Below, piece by piece: positions 1 to 10,477 of a stretch of 24,000 nt of DNA. A program made the translations under genes and the position numbers. The DNA is from Clostridia bacterium (GTDB lineage Bacteria > Bacillota > Clostridia > Christensenellales > UBA1242), in NCBI GenBank assembly GCA_017478185.1, contig JAFVEA010000009.1, forward strand, positions 235,858-259,857, read 5' to 3'. Each line of letters starts with the position of its first letter. The stretch's first letter is position 1. The notes under the pieces are model-generated. The model was not told where the DNA came from. It was given only the letters and a program-made list of their open reading frames with translations, and made no database searches.

Positions 1-2
1 TA

Positions 3-74
3 AGTGAAGAAAATGGTTTTGCATACAAAAATTTAAGCAAAAAAGCAAAAATTTCTTTAGGGCTTGAAATATAA
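3..74 (+). CDS. 3' end of an upstream V/A-type ATPase operon gene (partial; likely a small peripheral subunit)
   Basis: Open frame SEENGFAYKNLSKKAKISLGLEI* ends 11 nt before the ntpA start; subunit identity inferred only from operon position. Confidence 0.4.
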   Translation, partial: SEENGFAYKNLSKKAKISLGLEI

Positions 75-85
75 TAGGAGGAGAA

Positions 86-1849
86 ATGCAAGGAAAAATA
101 ATCAAAGTTTCAGGAGCGCTTGTTGTGGCCGAAAATATTATGGACGCAAAGCTTTTTGATGTTTGTTTGGTGTCTGAAAAAGAACTTGTTGGTGAAATTA
201 TTGAAATACATGGCAATAAGGTTTCAATTGAAGTTTATGAAAACACCGATGGCTTGAAAGTTGGGGATATTGTTAAAAACACCCAAAAGCCACTATCCAT
301 TCAGCTTGGCCCAGGGCTTATTGGCAATGTTTTTGATGGCATTGGGAGGTCACTAAACGACATTTATGAAAGCTGTGGTGACCGCATAAAAACTGGGGTT
401 AAAGTGCAAACACTTTCTAGTGACAAAAAATGGGAGTTTGTTGCTCAAAAAAAAGTTGGTGAAAGTGTTTTTGCGGGAGATGTTTTGGGTTATGTTCAAG
501 AAAGCGGAATAATACAGCATAAAATTATGGTTCCAAACAATGTTTCCGGAAAATTAACAAGCATAAAATCAGGAGAGTTTTCTGTTTTGGATGTTGTGGC
601 AAAAATAAAAACTTCAAACGGAGTGGAAGATGTTTGTTTAAGTTCTTTTTGGCCAATAAGAATAAAAAGGCCTTTCAAAAAGAAAATTGAAATCACAAAA
701 CCATTAACAACAGGGCAAAGAGTTATCGACACATTTTTCCCGTTAGCTTGTGGTGGGGTTGCTGCTATTCCGGGGCCATTTGGAAGCGGAAAAACTGTTG
801 TTCAGCATCAAATTGCCAAGTGGAGTGATGCTGATGTTGTGGTTTATGTTGGGTGCGGAGAGCGTGGCAATGAAATGACTGACGTCTTGCAAGAATTTCC
901 AACGCTTTTAGACCCTAAAACAAAAAAATCACTTATGGAAAAAACAATTTTAATTGCAAACACTTCAGATATGCCAGTGGCTGCCAGAGAAGCCAGCATC
1001 TACACTGGAATAACCATAGCAGAATATTATAGGGATATGGGCTATAATGTTATTGTTATGGCAGATTCAACTTCAAGGTGGGCAGAGGCTTTGCGTGAGA
1101 TGAGTGGAAGGCTGGAAGAAATTCCAGGAGAAGAGGGTTATCCAGCCTATTTGGGAAGTAGGCTTGCAAGCTTTTATGAAAGGGCGGGGAATGTTCAAAC
1201 TTTAGGGCAAGAAACAAGAGTTGGTTCAGTTTCTTGTGTTGGTGCCGTTTCTCCTCAAGGAGGCGACCTTAGTGAGCCAGTGTCTCAGGCAACTCTTAGA
1301 ATTGTTAAAGTGTTTTGGGGGCTTTCTTCAAGCTTGGCTTATAAAAGGCACTTTCCAGCAATAGATTGGCTGATTAGTTATTCTGGTTATGTTACAAACT
1401 TAAAGTCATATTATGCTCAAAATTTATCTTATGAGTTTTTGGATAGAAAAAATCTTTTAATGAAAATTTTGCAAGAAGAAAAAGAACTTGATGATGTTGT
1501 GTCTTTAATGGGATTTGATGTTTTGGGAGATAAAGATAAAACCACTTTGGATGTTGCAAAAATTATTAGAGAAGATTATTTGCATCAAAACGCTTTTGAT
1601 GAAATAGACACTTATACCTCACTAAAAAAACAAGACAAAATGCTTAAATGTGTTTGTGAGTTTGCTTGTCAGGCTAAAGAGGCAATAGAAAAAGGCGCCA
1701 CATATGAGCAGATTATCGACCTTCCTTCACGAGCGCTAATTGGAACAATGAAATACACAAAAGAAGAAGAATTAGAAAAAATAGATGATATCATAAGCGC
1801 CATAAAGTCTGATTTTTTAATGCTTAACAAAAAGGAGGAAAAGGAGTGA
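86..1849 (+). CDS. ntpA: V/A-type ATP synthase/ATPase catalytic subunit A
   Basis: 587 aa with Walker [12 protein letters not shown] and motifs [17 protein letters not shown] and [27 protein letters not shown]; RBS ggaggag. Confidence 0.97.
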   Translation: MQGKIIKVSGALVVAENIMDAKLFDVCLVSEKELVGEIIEIHGNKVSIEVYENTDGLKVGDIVKNTQKPLSIQLGPGLIGNVFDGIGRSLNDIYESCGDRIKTGVKVQTLSSDKKWEFVAQKKVGESVFAGDVLGYVQESGIIQHKIMVPNNVSGKLTSIKSGEFSVLDVVAKIKTSNGVEDVCLSSFWPIRIKRPFKKKIEITKPLTTGQRVIDTFFPLACGGVAAIPGPFGSGKTVVQHQIAKWSDADVVVYVGCGERGNEMTDVLQEFPTLLDPKTKKSLMEKTILIANTSDMPVAAREASIYTGITIAEYYRDMGYNVIVMADSTSRWAEALREMSGRLEEIPGEEGYPAYLGSRLASFYERAGNVQTLGQETRVGSVSCVGAVSPQGGDLSEPVSQATLRIVKVFWGLSSSLAYKRHFPAIDWLISYSGYVTNLKSYYAQNLSYEFLDRKNLLMKILQEEKELDDVVSLMGFDVLGDKDKTTLDVAKIIREDYLHQNAFDEIDTYTSLKKQDKMLKCVCEFACQAKEAIEKGATYEQIIDLPSRALIGTMKYTKEEELEKIDDIISAIKSDFLMLNKKEEKE

Positions 1850-3219
1850 TAAAATATTATAAAACCATAAAAGAGGCCAGTGGTTCAATTATTCTTGTTA
1901 GTGACATAAAAGGCGCTATGGTTGGCGAGCTTGTGACAATTGTTGAAAAAAATGGTGGTGTTAGATATGGAAAAGTTCTTGAAATTTATGATGAAACAGC
2001 AGTTGTTGAACTTTTTGATTCGGCAAACAGCCTAAATTTGCAAGAAAGCAAAATAAGATTTTTGGGCAAAGGGCTTGAAGTTGGTGTTTCAAAAGATATG
2101 CTTGGAAGAGTTTTTAATGGTTTGGGCAAGGTAAGTGATGGCGGACCAGAAATTATTCCAGATAAATTTATTGATGTAAATCAAGGACCAATAAATCCAG
2201 TGGCAAGAGATTATCCAAACGAGTTTATTCAAACAGGTATTTCAGCAATTGATGGCTTAAACACTTTGGTTAGAGGGCAAAAATTGCCAATTTTTTCCGC
2301 AAGCGGACTTCCACACTCTCATCTTGCCTCACAAATTGTTAGGCAATCAAAAGTTTTGGGTGAAAATGAACAATTTGCCATAGTTTTTGTTGCTATGGGC
2401 ATATCAAATGATGATGCAAGTTATTTTTTAGAAGATTTCAAAAAAACTGGTGCAATAAAAAACACTGTTTCTGTTATAAATCTTGCCAGCGACTCAAGTG
2501 TTGAACGAATTTCAGCTCCACGAATTGGACTAACTATTGCTGAATATTTGGCTTTTGAGCTTGATATGCAAGTTCTTGTTGTTATGACCGATATAACAAA
2601 TTATGCTGAATCATTAAGAGAAATTTCAAGCGCAAGAGATGAAATTCCAGCACGAAGGGCATACCCTGGATATATGTATACAGATTTTGCCAGCTTATAT
2701 GAAAGAGCGGGAAGAGTTAAGGGGAAAAGGGGTAGCATAACGCAAATTCCAATTTTAACAATGCCGGATGACGATAAAACTCACCCAATTCCAGATTTAA
2801 CTGGATATATAACTGAAGGGCAAATTATGCTTTCAAGGGATTTATACAAAAAAGGCATATATCCGCCAATTGATGTTTTGTCTTCACTTTCAAGGCTAAA
2901 AGACAAAGGCATTGGGCAAGACAAAACAAAAAGTTATCATAGCGACCTTTTAAATCAACTTTTTTATGCTTATTCAAGAGGAAAAAATGCAAAAAATCTT
3001 TCAATAATTTTGGGTGAAAATGCAATTTCAACCATGGATAAAAAATACGCTAAATTTTCTGATAATTTTGAAAATCAGTTCATAAATCAAGGAGAATATG
3101 AAAACAAAAGCATCGAAAACACGTTAAAAACTGGTTGGAAACTTTTAAAAGATTTTCCTAGGGGCGAATTAAAAAGAATAAAAGACAAAAATTTAAACAT
3201 TTTGTTGGAGGAAGATTAA
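1846..3219 (+). CDS. ntpB: V/A-type ATP synthase/ATPase subunit B
   Basis: 457 aa with [31 protein letters not shown] and [27 protein letters not shown]; overlaps the end of ntpA. Confidence 0.97.
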   Translation: MIKYYKTIKEASGSIILVSDIKGAMVGELVTIVEKNGGVRYGKVLEIYDETAVVELFDSANSLNLQESKIRFLGKGLEVGVSKDMLGRVFNGLGKVSDGGPEIIPDKFIDVNQGPINPVARDYPNEFIQTGISAIDGLNTLVRGQKLPIFSASGLPHSHLASQIVRQSKVLGENEQFAIVFVAMGISNDDASYFLEDFKKTGAIKNTVSVINLASDSSVERISAPRIGLTIAEYLAFELDMQVLVVMTDITNYAESLREISSARDEIPARRAYPGYMYTDFASLYERAGRVKGKRGSITQIPILTMPDDDKTHPIPDLTGYITEGQIMLSRDLYKKGIYPPIDVLSSLSRLKDKGIGQDKTKSYHSDLLNQLFYAYSRGKNAKNLSIILGENAISTMDKKYAKFSDNFENQFINQGEYENKSIENTLKTGWKLLKDFPRGELKRIKDKNLNILLEED

Positions 3220-3220
3220 T

Positions 3221-3847
3221 TTGGAAAACACAAACATAAATCCAAACAGAATGGAGCTTAGAAAAGTTCGTGAAAAAGTGAAAGTGGCATTAAAAGGTCA
3301 CGGGCTTTTAAAAGATAAAACAAGTGGACTTATAAAAATCTTTTATAGAGTTTTAAAAGAAACAAGAGATAAAAGGCAAGAGGTTGAAAAAGAATTTAAA
3401 AGTATATTAAAAGATTTTCAAAATGTTATGATGAATTTAAGTGAAGAAGAAGTGGCCTTGCTTTTAACCATTTCGAGTGAGCAAATTTCACTAAAATTTG
3501 ATGAAATATCAAATATGGGAGCAATATGCCCAAACAATGAAATTGAAGGAAAAATATCAAAAAAAACAGCTTATTCTCCACTTTCATCAAGTTTTCAGTT
3601 TGATTTGGTTACAAAAAGATTTTTAGATTTGTTTCCAAAAATAATAGAGCTTTCAAACACAGAAAAAAGCGCTTATGTTTTGGCGGATGAAATAGAAAAA
3701 TGCAAGCGAAGAACAAAGGCTTTAGAAAATGTTTTGATTCCTCAATATGAGTCGCAAATAAAAAGAATTGAACAAAAACTTTCAAACAATGAATTAGAAA
3801 ACACGGCAAGGTTAAAAACAATCAAAAACAAGAAAAAATCAAATTAA
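3221..3847 (+). CDS. ntpD: V/A-type ATP synthase/ATPase subunit D
   Basis: NPNRMELRKVREKVKVALKGHGLLKDK start and RRTKALENVLIPQYESQIKRIEQKL C-terminal region; operon order A-B-D. Confidence 0.93.
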   Translation: MENTNINPNRMELRKVREKVKVALKGHGLLKDKTSGLIKIFYRVLKETRDKRQEVEKEFKSILKDFQNVMMNLSEEEVALLLTISSEQISLKFDEISNMGAICPNNEIEGKISKKTAYSPLSSSFQFDLVTKRFLDLFPKIIELSNTEKSAYVLADEIEKCKRRTKALENVLIPQYESQIKRIEQKLSNNELENTARLKTIKNKKKSN

Positions 3848-3851
3848 AATT

Positions 3852-3878
3852 AAAAAGCTTAGTTTAACTAAGTTTTTT
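3852..3878 (+). terminator. Rho-independent terminator after the ATPase operon
   Basis: aaaaagCTTAG-tttaa-CTAAGtttttt hairpin with T-tract. Confidence 0.75.
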
Positions 3879-3890
3879 TGTTATAAATTT

Positions 3891-3919
3891 AAGACATTTT
3901 AAAAGCTTTATGTTATAAT
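3891..3919 (+). promoter_or_regulatory. Candidate sigma-A extended -10 promoter
   Basis: AAGACA - 17 nt - TATAAT with upstream TG (TGtTATAAT). Confidence 0.55.
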
Positions 3920-4030
3920 GAGCTAAGTTTTTAAACAAAAAAATAGTAGTTTTAAGAAAACTGGAAAAGATATGATGAATTAGAGAGTTTTTTAAAAAAT
4001 TAAAACATAAAAAATTTTATGGGAGTTTGT

Positions 4031-4213
4031 ATGAGTATAACTTTTAACATTTATTACACAGGCAAAAACAACAACGCAAAAAAATTTGCTAAAGAAATGC
4101 TTTCAAGTGGAATTGTTGATAAAATCAGGGCAGAAAAAGGGAACCAAAAATATGAATATTTTTATCCAGCAGAAGATGAGCAAACTGTTTTTGTTAGGTT
4201 TTCTTTAATTTAG
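4031..4213 (+). pseudogene. Truncated antibiotic-biosynthesis-monooxygenase (ABM/YgiN-like) fragment
   Basis: MSITFNIYYTGKNNNAKKFAKEMLSSGIVDKIRAEKGNQKYEYFYPAEDEQTVFV resembles the N-terminal half of ABM-domain putative quinol monooxygenases, then ends in RFSLI*; RBS gggag before ATG 4031. Confidence 0.6.
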
Positions 4214-4225
4214 TTTGTTAATAAG

Positions 4226-4254
4226 TTGTTGTTTTTAATTTTTTATGATATATT
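4226..4254 (+). promoter_or_regulatory. Candidate sigma-A extended -10 promoter
   Basis: TTGTTG - 17 nt - TATATT with upstream TG, just before the 4274 start codon. Confidence 0.5.
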
Positions 4255-4273
4255 AAAAACAAAGGAGAAAAAT

Positions 4274-4798
4274 ATGGAATCAAATCAAAGGAAGCTGTTA
4301 AGCAATTTTTTAATTAGTGGAACAGCGGTTATTGTGTTTTCACTTTTAGATGCGATAAAACTTGTTATTTATTTTGTTGTGGATCCAATGTGGCGTTTTG
4401 TGATTGAAGATATTTTTAACACAAATCAAGAGCTTGCGTGGATAAACTTTTTGCTAATTTTTGGTTTCACTATTATTGAAGCTATTTTGGGCTGTTTTGT
4501 TGGATTTTCAGCTAGAGCCGAGGCAAGAGGAAAAAGGCGTAATATTTTTTATGTGGTTGTTGCAATAATTACAGCTGTGGTTTTGGGAATTAGCTCGATT
4601 TTCGCGATAATTCAAGCATTTTTATATGAAATATCAGCATTATCAATTATTGAGGCATTTATTTCTGCAGGATTTAGTTTTGTTGTTGTTTATGCTCTTG
4701 TTGATATTATAATTTGCTCCTTAAAAATTAGGAAGTTAAAAAAACAGGATAATGGCTCTAAAAATGATAACAAACAAAAAAACGAGGAGGTGATGTAG
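4274..4798 (+). CDS. Multi-pass membrane protein of unknown function
   Basis: Several hydrophobic segments; start moved from 4226 to ATG 4274 (MESNQRKLLSNFL) preceded by ggag. Confidence 0.75.
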   Translation: MESNQRKLLSNFLISGTAVIVFSLLDAIKLVIYFVVDPMWRFVIEDIFNTNQELAWINFLLIFGFTIIEAILGCFVGFSARAEARGKRRNIFYVVVAIITAVVLGISSIFAIIQAFLYEISALSIIEAFISAGFSFVVVYALVDIIICSLKIRKLKKQDNGSKNDNKQKNEEVM

Positions 4799-4800
4799 TA

Positions 4801-5958
4801 GTGCAAGAAGATTTCCATTATTATGCAACTTATTGTGCGGCATATATAGCAGGTTATAATCATGAGGATTGTTTAAAAATTTGTTATGGCGCTCAACTTG
4901 TTGATTTGTGTTCAAAAACTTTTTTAACAAAAATTGGCGGACCAACACAAGCTGCAACAACGCAACTTTCACTTGAAATGATGGACATAAGAAAAGATGT
5001 TTTAGGACTTCAAGAAATAACTCGTATTTGGGCTTCTTTTCATTTTTTGCCATATGACCTAAATAGGACGCCAGATAAAAAGGTTCCCAAAAAATATTTG
5101 TATAAATATCGCCTTATTTGTGACACAAACAGTGACCTTTTGGTTGATACAATAAATTTAGCAAAAGACAAAGGGCTAGAGGCAATTGGGCTTTCAGTTC
5201 ATATTTTGGCAGACACTTGGGCACATCGTTATTTTGCTGGCACTCCTTCTTTGGTTATAAACAGTCCAAGCGGGTTTGTGGAACTTGTTGAGGGCAAAAA
5301 TGGCCTAGAAGAAAGAAAATTAAAGTTTAGAAACAGTCCTTTTAAGCCAGATGACCTCAAAAAGAATATTTTCACATGCAGTATGCTTCAAGCAGATGAA
5401 AATGCCATAATGAATCTTGGGCATGGCAGAGCTGGGCATTTGCCTGATTATGGTTTTATGCGCTATAAATATATGCCCGCATGGAAAAATTATGAAGAAA
5501 TAATAAAAGATAACCCAAAAGATTATTATAATGCTTTTTGCCAAATGGTTTATGCATTCAAGTTTTTTAGGGGTGAGATAAAATCATTTAAAAAGAATAC
5601 ATATGCTTTTGAAGATGTTGAAAAATATAAAGAAAGGATAAATAATATTTTAAAAGTAAGAAGGCTTAGTATGAGCGAAGATTGGAAGGCTTTTGGAGAG
5701 ATGCTTTCTAATGAAAAAATAGAAAGCTTTAAACTGTTTAAGTATGAAAAAGAATATGTTCAATCTAGTGAAAAAAGCAATACATATTTGGGAAGATTTA
5801 TTTTGGCTGCCCTTGCTCAAAAAAGTATGGTAACAAACAGAATTTATAAATCAAAAAATCCACTTGCTGGGATTTCTGTTGATTATGAAAAAAACGGGTT
5901 AAAGGGTATGAAAGAATACTTTGCTCTTTTAAAAACAATTAAAGGAGGCGAAAAATGA
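4801..5958 (+). CDS. Zinc-dependent phospholipase C-fold-like protein (DUF6765-like)
   Basis: GTG start with GGAGG just upstream; MQEDFHYYATYCAAYIAGYNHEDCLKICYGAQLVDLCS and LSVHILADTWAHRYFAGTP motifs. Confidence 0.7.
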   Translation: MQEDFHYYATYCAAYIAGYNHEDCLKICYGAQLVDLCSKTFLTKIGGPTQAATTQLSLEMMDIRKDVLGLQEITRIWASFHFLPYDLNRTPDKKVPKKYLYKYRLICDTNSDLLVDTINLAKDKGLEAIGLSVHILADTWAHRYFAGTPSLVINSPSGFVELVEGKNGLEERKLKFRNSPFKPDDLKKNIFTCSMLQADENAIMNLGHGRAGHLPDYGFMRYKYMPAWKNYEEIIKDNPKDYYNAFCQMVYAFKFFRGEIKSFKKNTYAFEDVEKYKERINNILKVRRLSMSEDWKAFGEMLSNEKIESFKLFKYEKEYVQSSEKSNTYLGRFILAALAQKSMVTNRIYKSKNPLAGISVDYEKNGLKGMKEYFALLKTIKGGEK

Positions 5959-6485
5959 ACACTTTGAAAAAAACTTTTAGTATCATTTGGGCTTTGCTTG
6001 TTTTGATGATTTCATACTTTATGATAACTGACCCAGAAGTTGGGCATGTTGTTATTGTTTTTGTTATTGGTTTTGGACTTATTTTAAAAGGCATAAAGTA
6101 TTTATATTTTTATTTTAAAATGGCAAAATATATGGTTGGTGGAAAAGGCATATTTTATTATGGAATTATATACTTAAACTTGGGAATATTCACCTCAACT
6201 TTGTTTGATATTCAGCATATTTATATAATGATTTATTTGCTTGGAATGTATCTATTTTGGGGATTTATATCAATTATGCGTGCTCTAGAAATGAAAAAAA
6301 TGGAATCACACTGGAAAATGAAAATGATTGAAGGTGTTGGATATTTTGTTATTGCCGTTTTGGGGATTGTTTTTATAAATTCTGTTATGGCAGCGTCAAT
6401 TATTTATTGTGTTGGCTTAATGTATTCTGCAGTTATGAGGATTATTGCAAATTTTCGCCAAACTGCCATTGTTTATATACAATAA
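5955..6485 (+). CDS. HdeD/DUF308-like membrane protein
   Basis: 176 aa, about six hydrophobic segments with a two-fold repeated character; overlaps the previous gene. Confidence 0.55.
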   Translation: MNTLKKTFSIIWALLVLMISYFMITDPEVGHVVIVFVIGFGLILKGIKYLYFYFKMAKYMVGGKGIFYYGIIYLNLGIFTSTLFDIQHIYIMIYLLGMYLFWGFISIMRALEMKKMESHWKMKMIEGVGYFVIAVLGIVFINSVMAASIIYCVGLMYSAVMRIIANFRQTAIVYIQ

Positions 6486-6644
6486 AATTAAAAATTTATA
6501 AAAAATTTATGATTTTTAAAACAACTTCAAAAAGTGTTTTAGAAGGTTTATCTAAAGAAATAGAATTTAATTTTTCAGTTTTAAAATCAGTTAATGAATT
6601 AAGTTTTTAAGGTTAAATTTTATTATAATTCATTCATTTAGACA

Positions 6645-6668
6645 AAAAAGAACTTTGTGGTTCTTTTT
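6645..6668 (+). terminator. Rho-independent terminator
   Basis: AAAAAGAAC-tttgtg-GTTCTTTTT. Confidence 0.85.
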
Positions 6669-6795
6669 ATTTTTATATGTTTTTAAAGTTAATGGGCTAT
6701 AGGTGCATACTTTTTTATATCTAAAAATTGATGTGTTAATTTTTTGTTCTAACAAAAGTGGCTTGTCCATATATTAGTTAGGGGAGAAAAAAGTT

Positions 6796-7710
6796 ATGTT
6801 AGAAGGAATTTTGCCAGATAGAATTTCACGGGCATTAAATGAACTCAATCCAAAAGGTTTAAGAGAAATAAGAATAAGAGTTAAAATGCCAATTATGATA
6901 GACTATGGAACAAACTTTTATTTGGGTGAAAACGGCATTGTTGACAGTTCGGAATATGCTTTAAGTTGTTCATTTGAAGAAATGCAAGACATTGTTTTTA
7001 AGGCTTGTGAATGTTCTGTTTATGCTCACAACGAAGAACTTAAGCTTGGATTTGTAACTTTAACAAATGGGCAGAGAATTGGAATATGCGGTGAAGTTAT
7101 AACTGAAAATGGCATAATAAAAACGATAAAAAATTTTTCTTCCATAAACATAAGAATTCCTCATCAAGTTGCAAATTGTTCACTAAAAGCTCTTCCTTAT
7201 CTTTTTGATGATAATGGAGTTTTTAACACTTTGATAATAGCTCCGCCGGGGGCGGGAAAAACCACTTTTTTGCGAGATTTGTGTTTTCAGCTTTCAAACA
7301 AAAATATTGAAAAAAACTTACTTTTAATTGATGAGCGAAATGAAATTGCAAATTTGGTTAACGGAAAGCCTTCGTTTTTTGTTGGAAATGTTGATGTTTA
7401 TTCTTATGCAAGCAAAAAATTTGGATTAGAAAACGGAATAAGAACACTTTGCCCGTCTGCTGTTTTGATGGATGAGCTTGGAAAAGAAGAAGATATTTTG
7501 GCTTTAAATTATGCAATAGGTTCTGGGGTAAAAATAATTGCAACAGCACACGCCACAAACTTAAATGATTTGTTTTTAAAACCTTCTTTTAAAAACTTGC
7601 TATCTTTAAGGGTTTTTAAAAGATTTGTTGTTTTGTCTAACAGAAATGGAACGGGAACTTTTGAAGGGGTTTTTAATGCCGACAAAATTTGTGTGAGCGA
7701 AAGGATTTAA
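6796..7710 (+). CDS. spoIIIAA: Stage III sporulation protein AA (secretion-type ATPase)
   Basis: MLEGILPDRISRALNEL..LREIRIRVKMP and Walker A IAPPGAGKTTFLRD; followed by AB-AH. Confidence 0.96.
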   Translation: MLEGILPDRISRALNELNPKGLREIRIRVKMPIMIDYGTNFYLGENGIVDSSEYALSCSFEEMQDIVFKACECSVYAHNEELKLGFVTLTNGQRIGICGEVITENGIIKTIKNFSSINIRIPHQVANCSLKALPYLFDDNGVFNTLIIAPPGAGKTTFLRDLCFQLSNKNIEKNLLLIDERNEIANLVNGKPSFFVGNVDVYSYASKKFGLENGIRTLCPSAVLMDELGKEEDILALNYAIGSGVKIIATAHATNLNDLFLKPSFKNLLSLRVFKRFVVLSNRNGTGTFEGVFNADKICVSERI

Positions 7711-7711
7711 A

Positions 7712-8179
7712 ATGAAGCTTTTTGTTGTTATTTTAATAAGTTTGTTTATTATTTTGATAGGATATCTTTATTTTAGAAAAACGCACAAAAAAATACAGTT
7801 TTATAATGATTTTTTAAGTTTTTGCGAAGAAATTGAAACAGAAATAGGCTTTTTTCAAAATAATATAAAAAACATTTTAGATAAACAAAATTATAAATCC
7901 AGTTTTCAAGAATTATTAAATAACTTTAAAAACAAAACACTTCAAAAGTTTTTAAATGAGCAAAATTTTTTAACGCAAAATGAGCAAACAGAGATATTTT
8001 TGTTTTTTCAAAAACTGGGCAGAGCAAACAGTGAAACAGAGATAAAAGAAATACAAAATTATAAAGAAAAATTAAAGAATAAAATAAACAATTTAACAAA
8101 TTTTGAATTTAAAAAAAGCAAACTAAAATTTAATCTTACAATTTGTTTTTCGATGTTTGTTTTTATTATTTTGTTGTAG
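7712..8179 (+). CDS. spoIIIAB: Stage III sporulation protein AB
   Basis: N-terminal TM plus CEEIETEIGFFQNNI..LGRANSETEIKEI; synteny. Confidence 0.9.
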   Translation: MKLFVVILISLFIILIGYLYFRKTHKKIQFYNDFLSFCEEIETEIGFFQNNIKNILDKQNYKSSFQELLNNFKNKTLQKFLNEQNFLTQNEQTEIFLFFQKLGRANSETEIKEIQNYKEKLKNKINNLTNFEFKKSKLKFNLTICFSMFVFIILL

Positions 8180-8186
8180 GTGAAAA

Positions 8187-8384
8187 ATGGATGTTGAAGT
8201 AATTTTAAAAATTGCTGGAATTGGAGTTTTGGTTTCTGTTATTTGCCAAATTTTAAAACAATCTGGCAAAGAAGAAATTGCAACTTTGGTGAGCTTATCA
8301 GGACTAATTGTTGTTCTTGCGATGATTGTTGATATGATAAGTGGTTTGTTTGAAAGTGTTGGACATCTTTTTTATTTGTTTTAA
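8187..8384 (+). CDS. spoIIIAC: Stage III sporulation protein AC
   Basis: 65 aa, two hydrophobic helices, VILKIAGIGVLVSVICQILKQSGKEEIA; synteny. Confidence 0.95.
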   Translation: MDVEVILKIAGIGVLVSVICQILKQSGKEEIATLVSLSGLIVVLAMIVDMISGLFESVGHLFYLF

Positions 8385-8399
8385 CGGTGGTGAAAAGTT

Positions 8400-8789
8400 T
8401 TGGAAATCATCTTTAAGATTATTGGAATAAGTTTAATAACAACAATAAGCATATTGTTAATAAAGCCAACAAAGCCCGACATAGCAATGATTGTGGGTTT
8501 AGCGGGTGGTGTTTTTGTCTTTTTTTACATAATAGACCTAATTGAGGATGTTTTTGGGCTTTTTAATTATATTATGGAAATAACAAATCTTGATTCAAAA
8601 CTTTTTACCATTTTAATCAAAATGATTGGAGTTGGTTATATAACTGAATTTAGTGCCAATTTATGCAAAGATAGCGGAAACTTAGCGATGGCAGGCAAGC
8701 TTCTTTTGGCAGGCAAACTTGTTATTTTTGTTATGGCAATTCCAATAATAACCTCACTAATTGAGTTAATTGTGAGTATAATGCCATGA
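8400..8789 (+). CDS. spoIIIAD: Stage III sporulation protein AD
   Basis: MEIIFKIIGISLITTISILLIKPTKPDIAM..; synteny. Confidence 0.95.
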   Translation: MEIIFKIIGISLITTISILLIKPTKPDIAMIVGLAGGVFVFFYIIDLIEDVFGLFNYIMEITNLDSKLFTILIKMIGVGYITEFSANLCKDSGNLAMAGKLLLAGKLVIFVMAIPIITSLIELIVSIMP

Positions 8790-9985
8790 AAAGTAAGATT
8801 ATTTTTGTTTTTTTGCTGTTTTTAATGATTTTTTGGGTGCCAACAGCTTCAACTGTTTTTGCCACTGAAAATGATGAAGAAAAGCAAGAAGACATACAAA
8901 AAGAATTGGAAGATGCCACTTTTGAGCAGCTAAATAGCGTTGACTTTTCAAAGCTTCAAGATATTTTAAATGATTTGGATGAAAACAGTAAAAAAGCGTT
9001 TGGTTCTAATAGTTTTTTAGACAAAACACAAAAAATTTTAAATGGTGATTTTCAAAATGATTATCAAAGTTTTTTTGGTGCTTTGTTTTCCACTTTTTTT
9101 AGTGATATTTTAAAGTTTTTGCCTCTTTTAATAACAATAGTTATAATAACTGTTTTATGCAATATTATAGGAAGTTTTAAAAGCAGTGTTTCACAAAATG
9201 GAGTGTCTCAAATAATAAATTTTGTTTGCTTTGGTGTTGCTTCTTTAATTATTATTTCAGTTGTTGTGTCACTTTTTGGAACGGTTAAAAGCTCGTTAAA
9301 AACAATGCAGACAGAAATGAACATAATTTTTCCTATTTTGTTAACTTGCCTTGCAAGCGTTGGAGGGAGCGTTTCAGTTGGAATATTTCAGCCAGTTGTG
9401 GCAATACTCGCTAACATTGTTGTTAATGTTTTTGTGTTTGTTGTTATGCCAATTTTTGTTTTTATGTTTGTTTTAAACATAATCAACAATTTTTCAGATT
9501 CAATAAAACTAAACAAATTAATTTCTTTTTTGTCTAGTGCACTGAAATGGATTTGTGGAATTTCGTTTAGCGTGTTTTTAGGAGCTATATCTCTTCAGGG
9601 GATTGTTGCGGGGAGTTTTGACAGTGTTTCAATAAAAGCCACAAAATTTGCATTAAAAAGTTATGTGCCAATTTTGGGAGGTTATTTATCTGACGGGTTT
9701 AATATTGCAATGGCAGGAAGTGTTTTAATAAAAAACGCAGTGGGGGTTTCTGGAATTTTGCTTATTTGCTCAAGTGTTATAATTCCAATTATAAGCATAA
9801 TTTGTTTTATGCTTTTGTTAAAATTAACAGCGGGGATTTTAGAGCCAATAGGTGATAGCACTATACCCAATTTTTTGTATCAAGTTTCAAAAACTTTAAG
9901 CCTTTTAATTATGATTGTTTTGGGTGTTTTGTTTATGTTTGTGATAACTGTTGGATTAATTTTATGTATGGCAAACATAGTTTAA
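8786..9985 (+). CDS. spoIIIAE: Stage III sporulation protein AE
   Basis: Signal peptide and multi-TM protein; LASVGGSVSVGIFQPVVAIL region; synteny. Confidence 0.95.
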   Translation: MKSKIIFVFLLFLMIFWVPTASTVFATENDEEKQEDIQKELEDATFEQLNSVDFSKLQDILNDLDENSKKAFGSNSFLDKTQKILNGDFQNDYQSFFGALFSTFFSDILKFLPLLITIVIITVLCNIIGSFKSSVSQNGVSQIINFVCFGVASLIIISVVVSLFGTVKSSLKTMQTEMNIIFPILLTCLASVGGSVSVGIFQPVVAILANIVVNVFVFVVMPIFVFMFVLNIINNFSDSIKLNKLISFLSSALKWICGISFSVFLGAISLQGIVAGSFDSVSIKATKFALKSYVPILGGYLSDGFNIAMAGSVLIKNAVGVSGILLICSSVIIPIISIICFMLLLKLTAGILEPIGDSTIPNFLYQVSKTLSLLIMIVLGVLFMFVITVGLILCMANIV

Positions 9986-10477
9986 ATGAGGTTGGATATG
10001 AGTGAAGTTTCAGGTTATTTGTTAAGCGTTGTTGGAGTTGTTTTGTTTTCTATTGTTTTAGACTTAATATTAAGCGATGGAACAACAAAAAAGTATATTA
10101 AAAGCATTATGTCTTTAATACTCATTTTTGTTTTGGTTAGCCCGCTCCCAAAAATAATTAAAAATGATTTAGATTTTTCTTTTATAAATAGCTCAGTAAA
10201 ATTAAATGAAGAATATCAAAATGTTGTTTTTGAGCAACAAAAAAATCAAACGGAAAAAGATTTAGAAAAGTTTCTTTTTAATGAAGGATTTAAAAACATA
10301 AAAATAACAATTTGGGCAGATAACTTAAATGGCTTTAAGATTAACACTATTTTTGTCGATTTAACAGGTTTGGTTCTAGCAGAAAAAAATCAGCATATAA
10401 ATAAATATGAGGCTATAAAAATCTTGCTTATAAAACAAACTGGAATTAAAGAGGAGCAGGTGATTTTTAATGATTAA
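9986..10477 (+). CDS. spoIIIAF: Stage III sporulation protein AF
   Basis: Two N-terminal TM segments with ..SIMSLILIFVLVSPLPK; synteny. Confidence 0.92.
   Translation: MRLDMSEVSGYLLSVVGVVLFSIVLDLILSDGTTKKYIKSIMSLILIFVLVSPLPKIIKNDLDFSFINSSVKLNEEYQNVVFEQQKNQTEKDLEKFLFNEGFKNIKITIWADNLNGFKINTIFVDLTGLVLAEKNQHINKYEAIKILLIKQTGIKEEQVIFND

Noticed and set aside
5053-5080. 105-aa minus ORF 4736-5053
   Set aside because: Antisense to the membrane-protein/PLC-like junction; composition and overlap indicate a spurious frame. Coordinates of interest are 4736-5053.
6407-6610. 67-aa ORF overlapping the end of the DUF308-like gene
   Set aside because: Mostly an out-of-frame read of the upstream gene with no RBS; possible short tail (TSKSVLEGLSKEIEF..) is not enough for a gene call.
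6690-6790. Sigma-E promoter for the spoIIIA operon (GCATACTTTT or CCATATATT)
   Set aside because: Sigma-E control is expected from knowledge of the operon, but neither -10-like site has a convincing -35 at the right distance.
7358-7558. Antisense ORFs in the track (for example 496-732, 2825-3031, 7358-7558, 9682-9870, 10772-10960, 11067-11381, 13979-14401, 15587-15871, 18836-19206, 22500-22685)
   Set aside because: All lie opposite strong conserved genes, are low-complexity (Leu/Phe/Lys-rich), and lack RBS and recognisable motifs.
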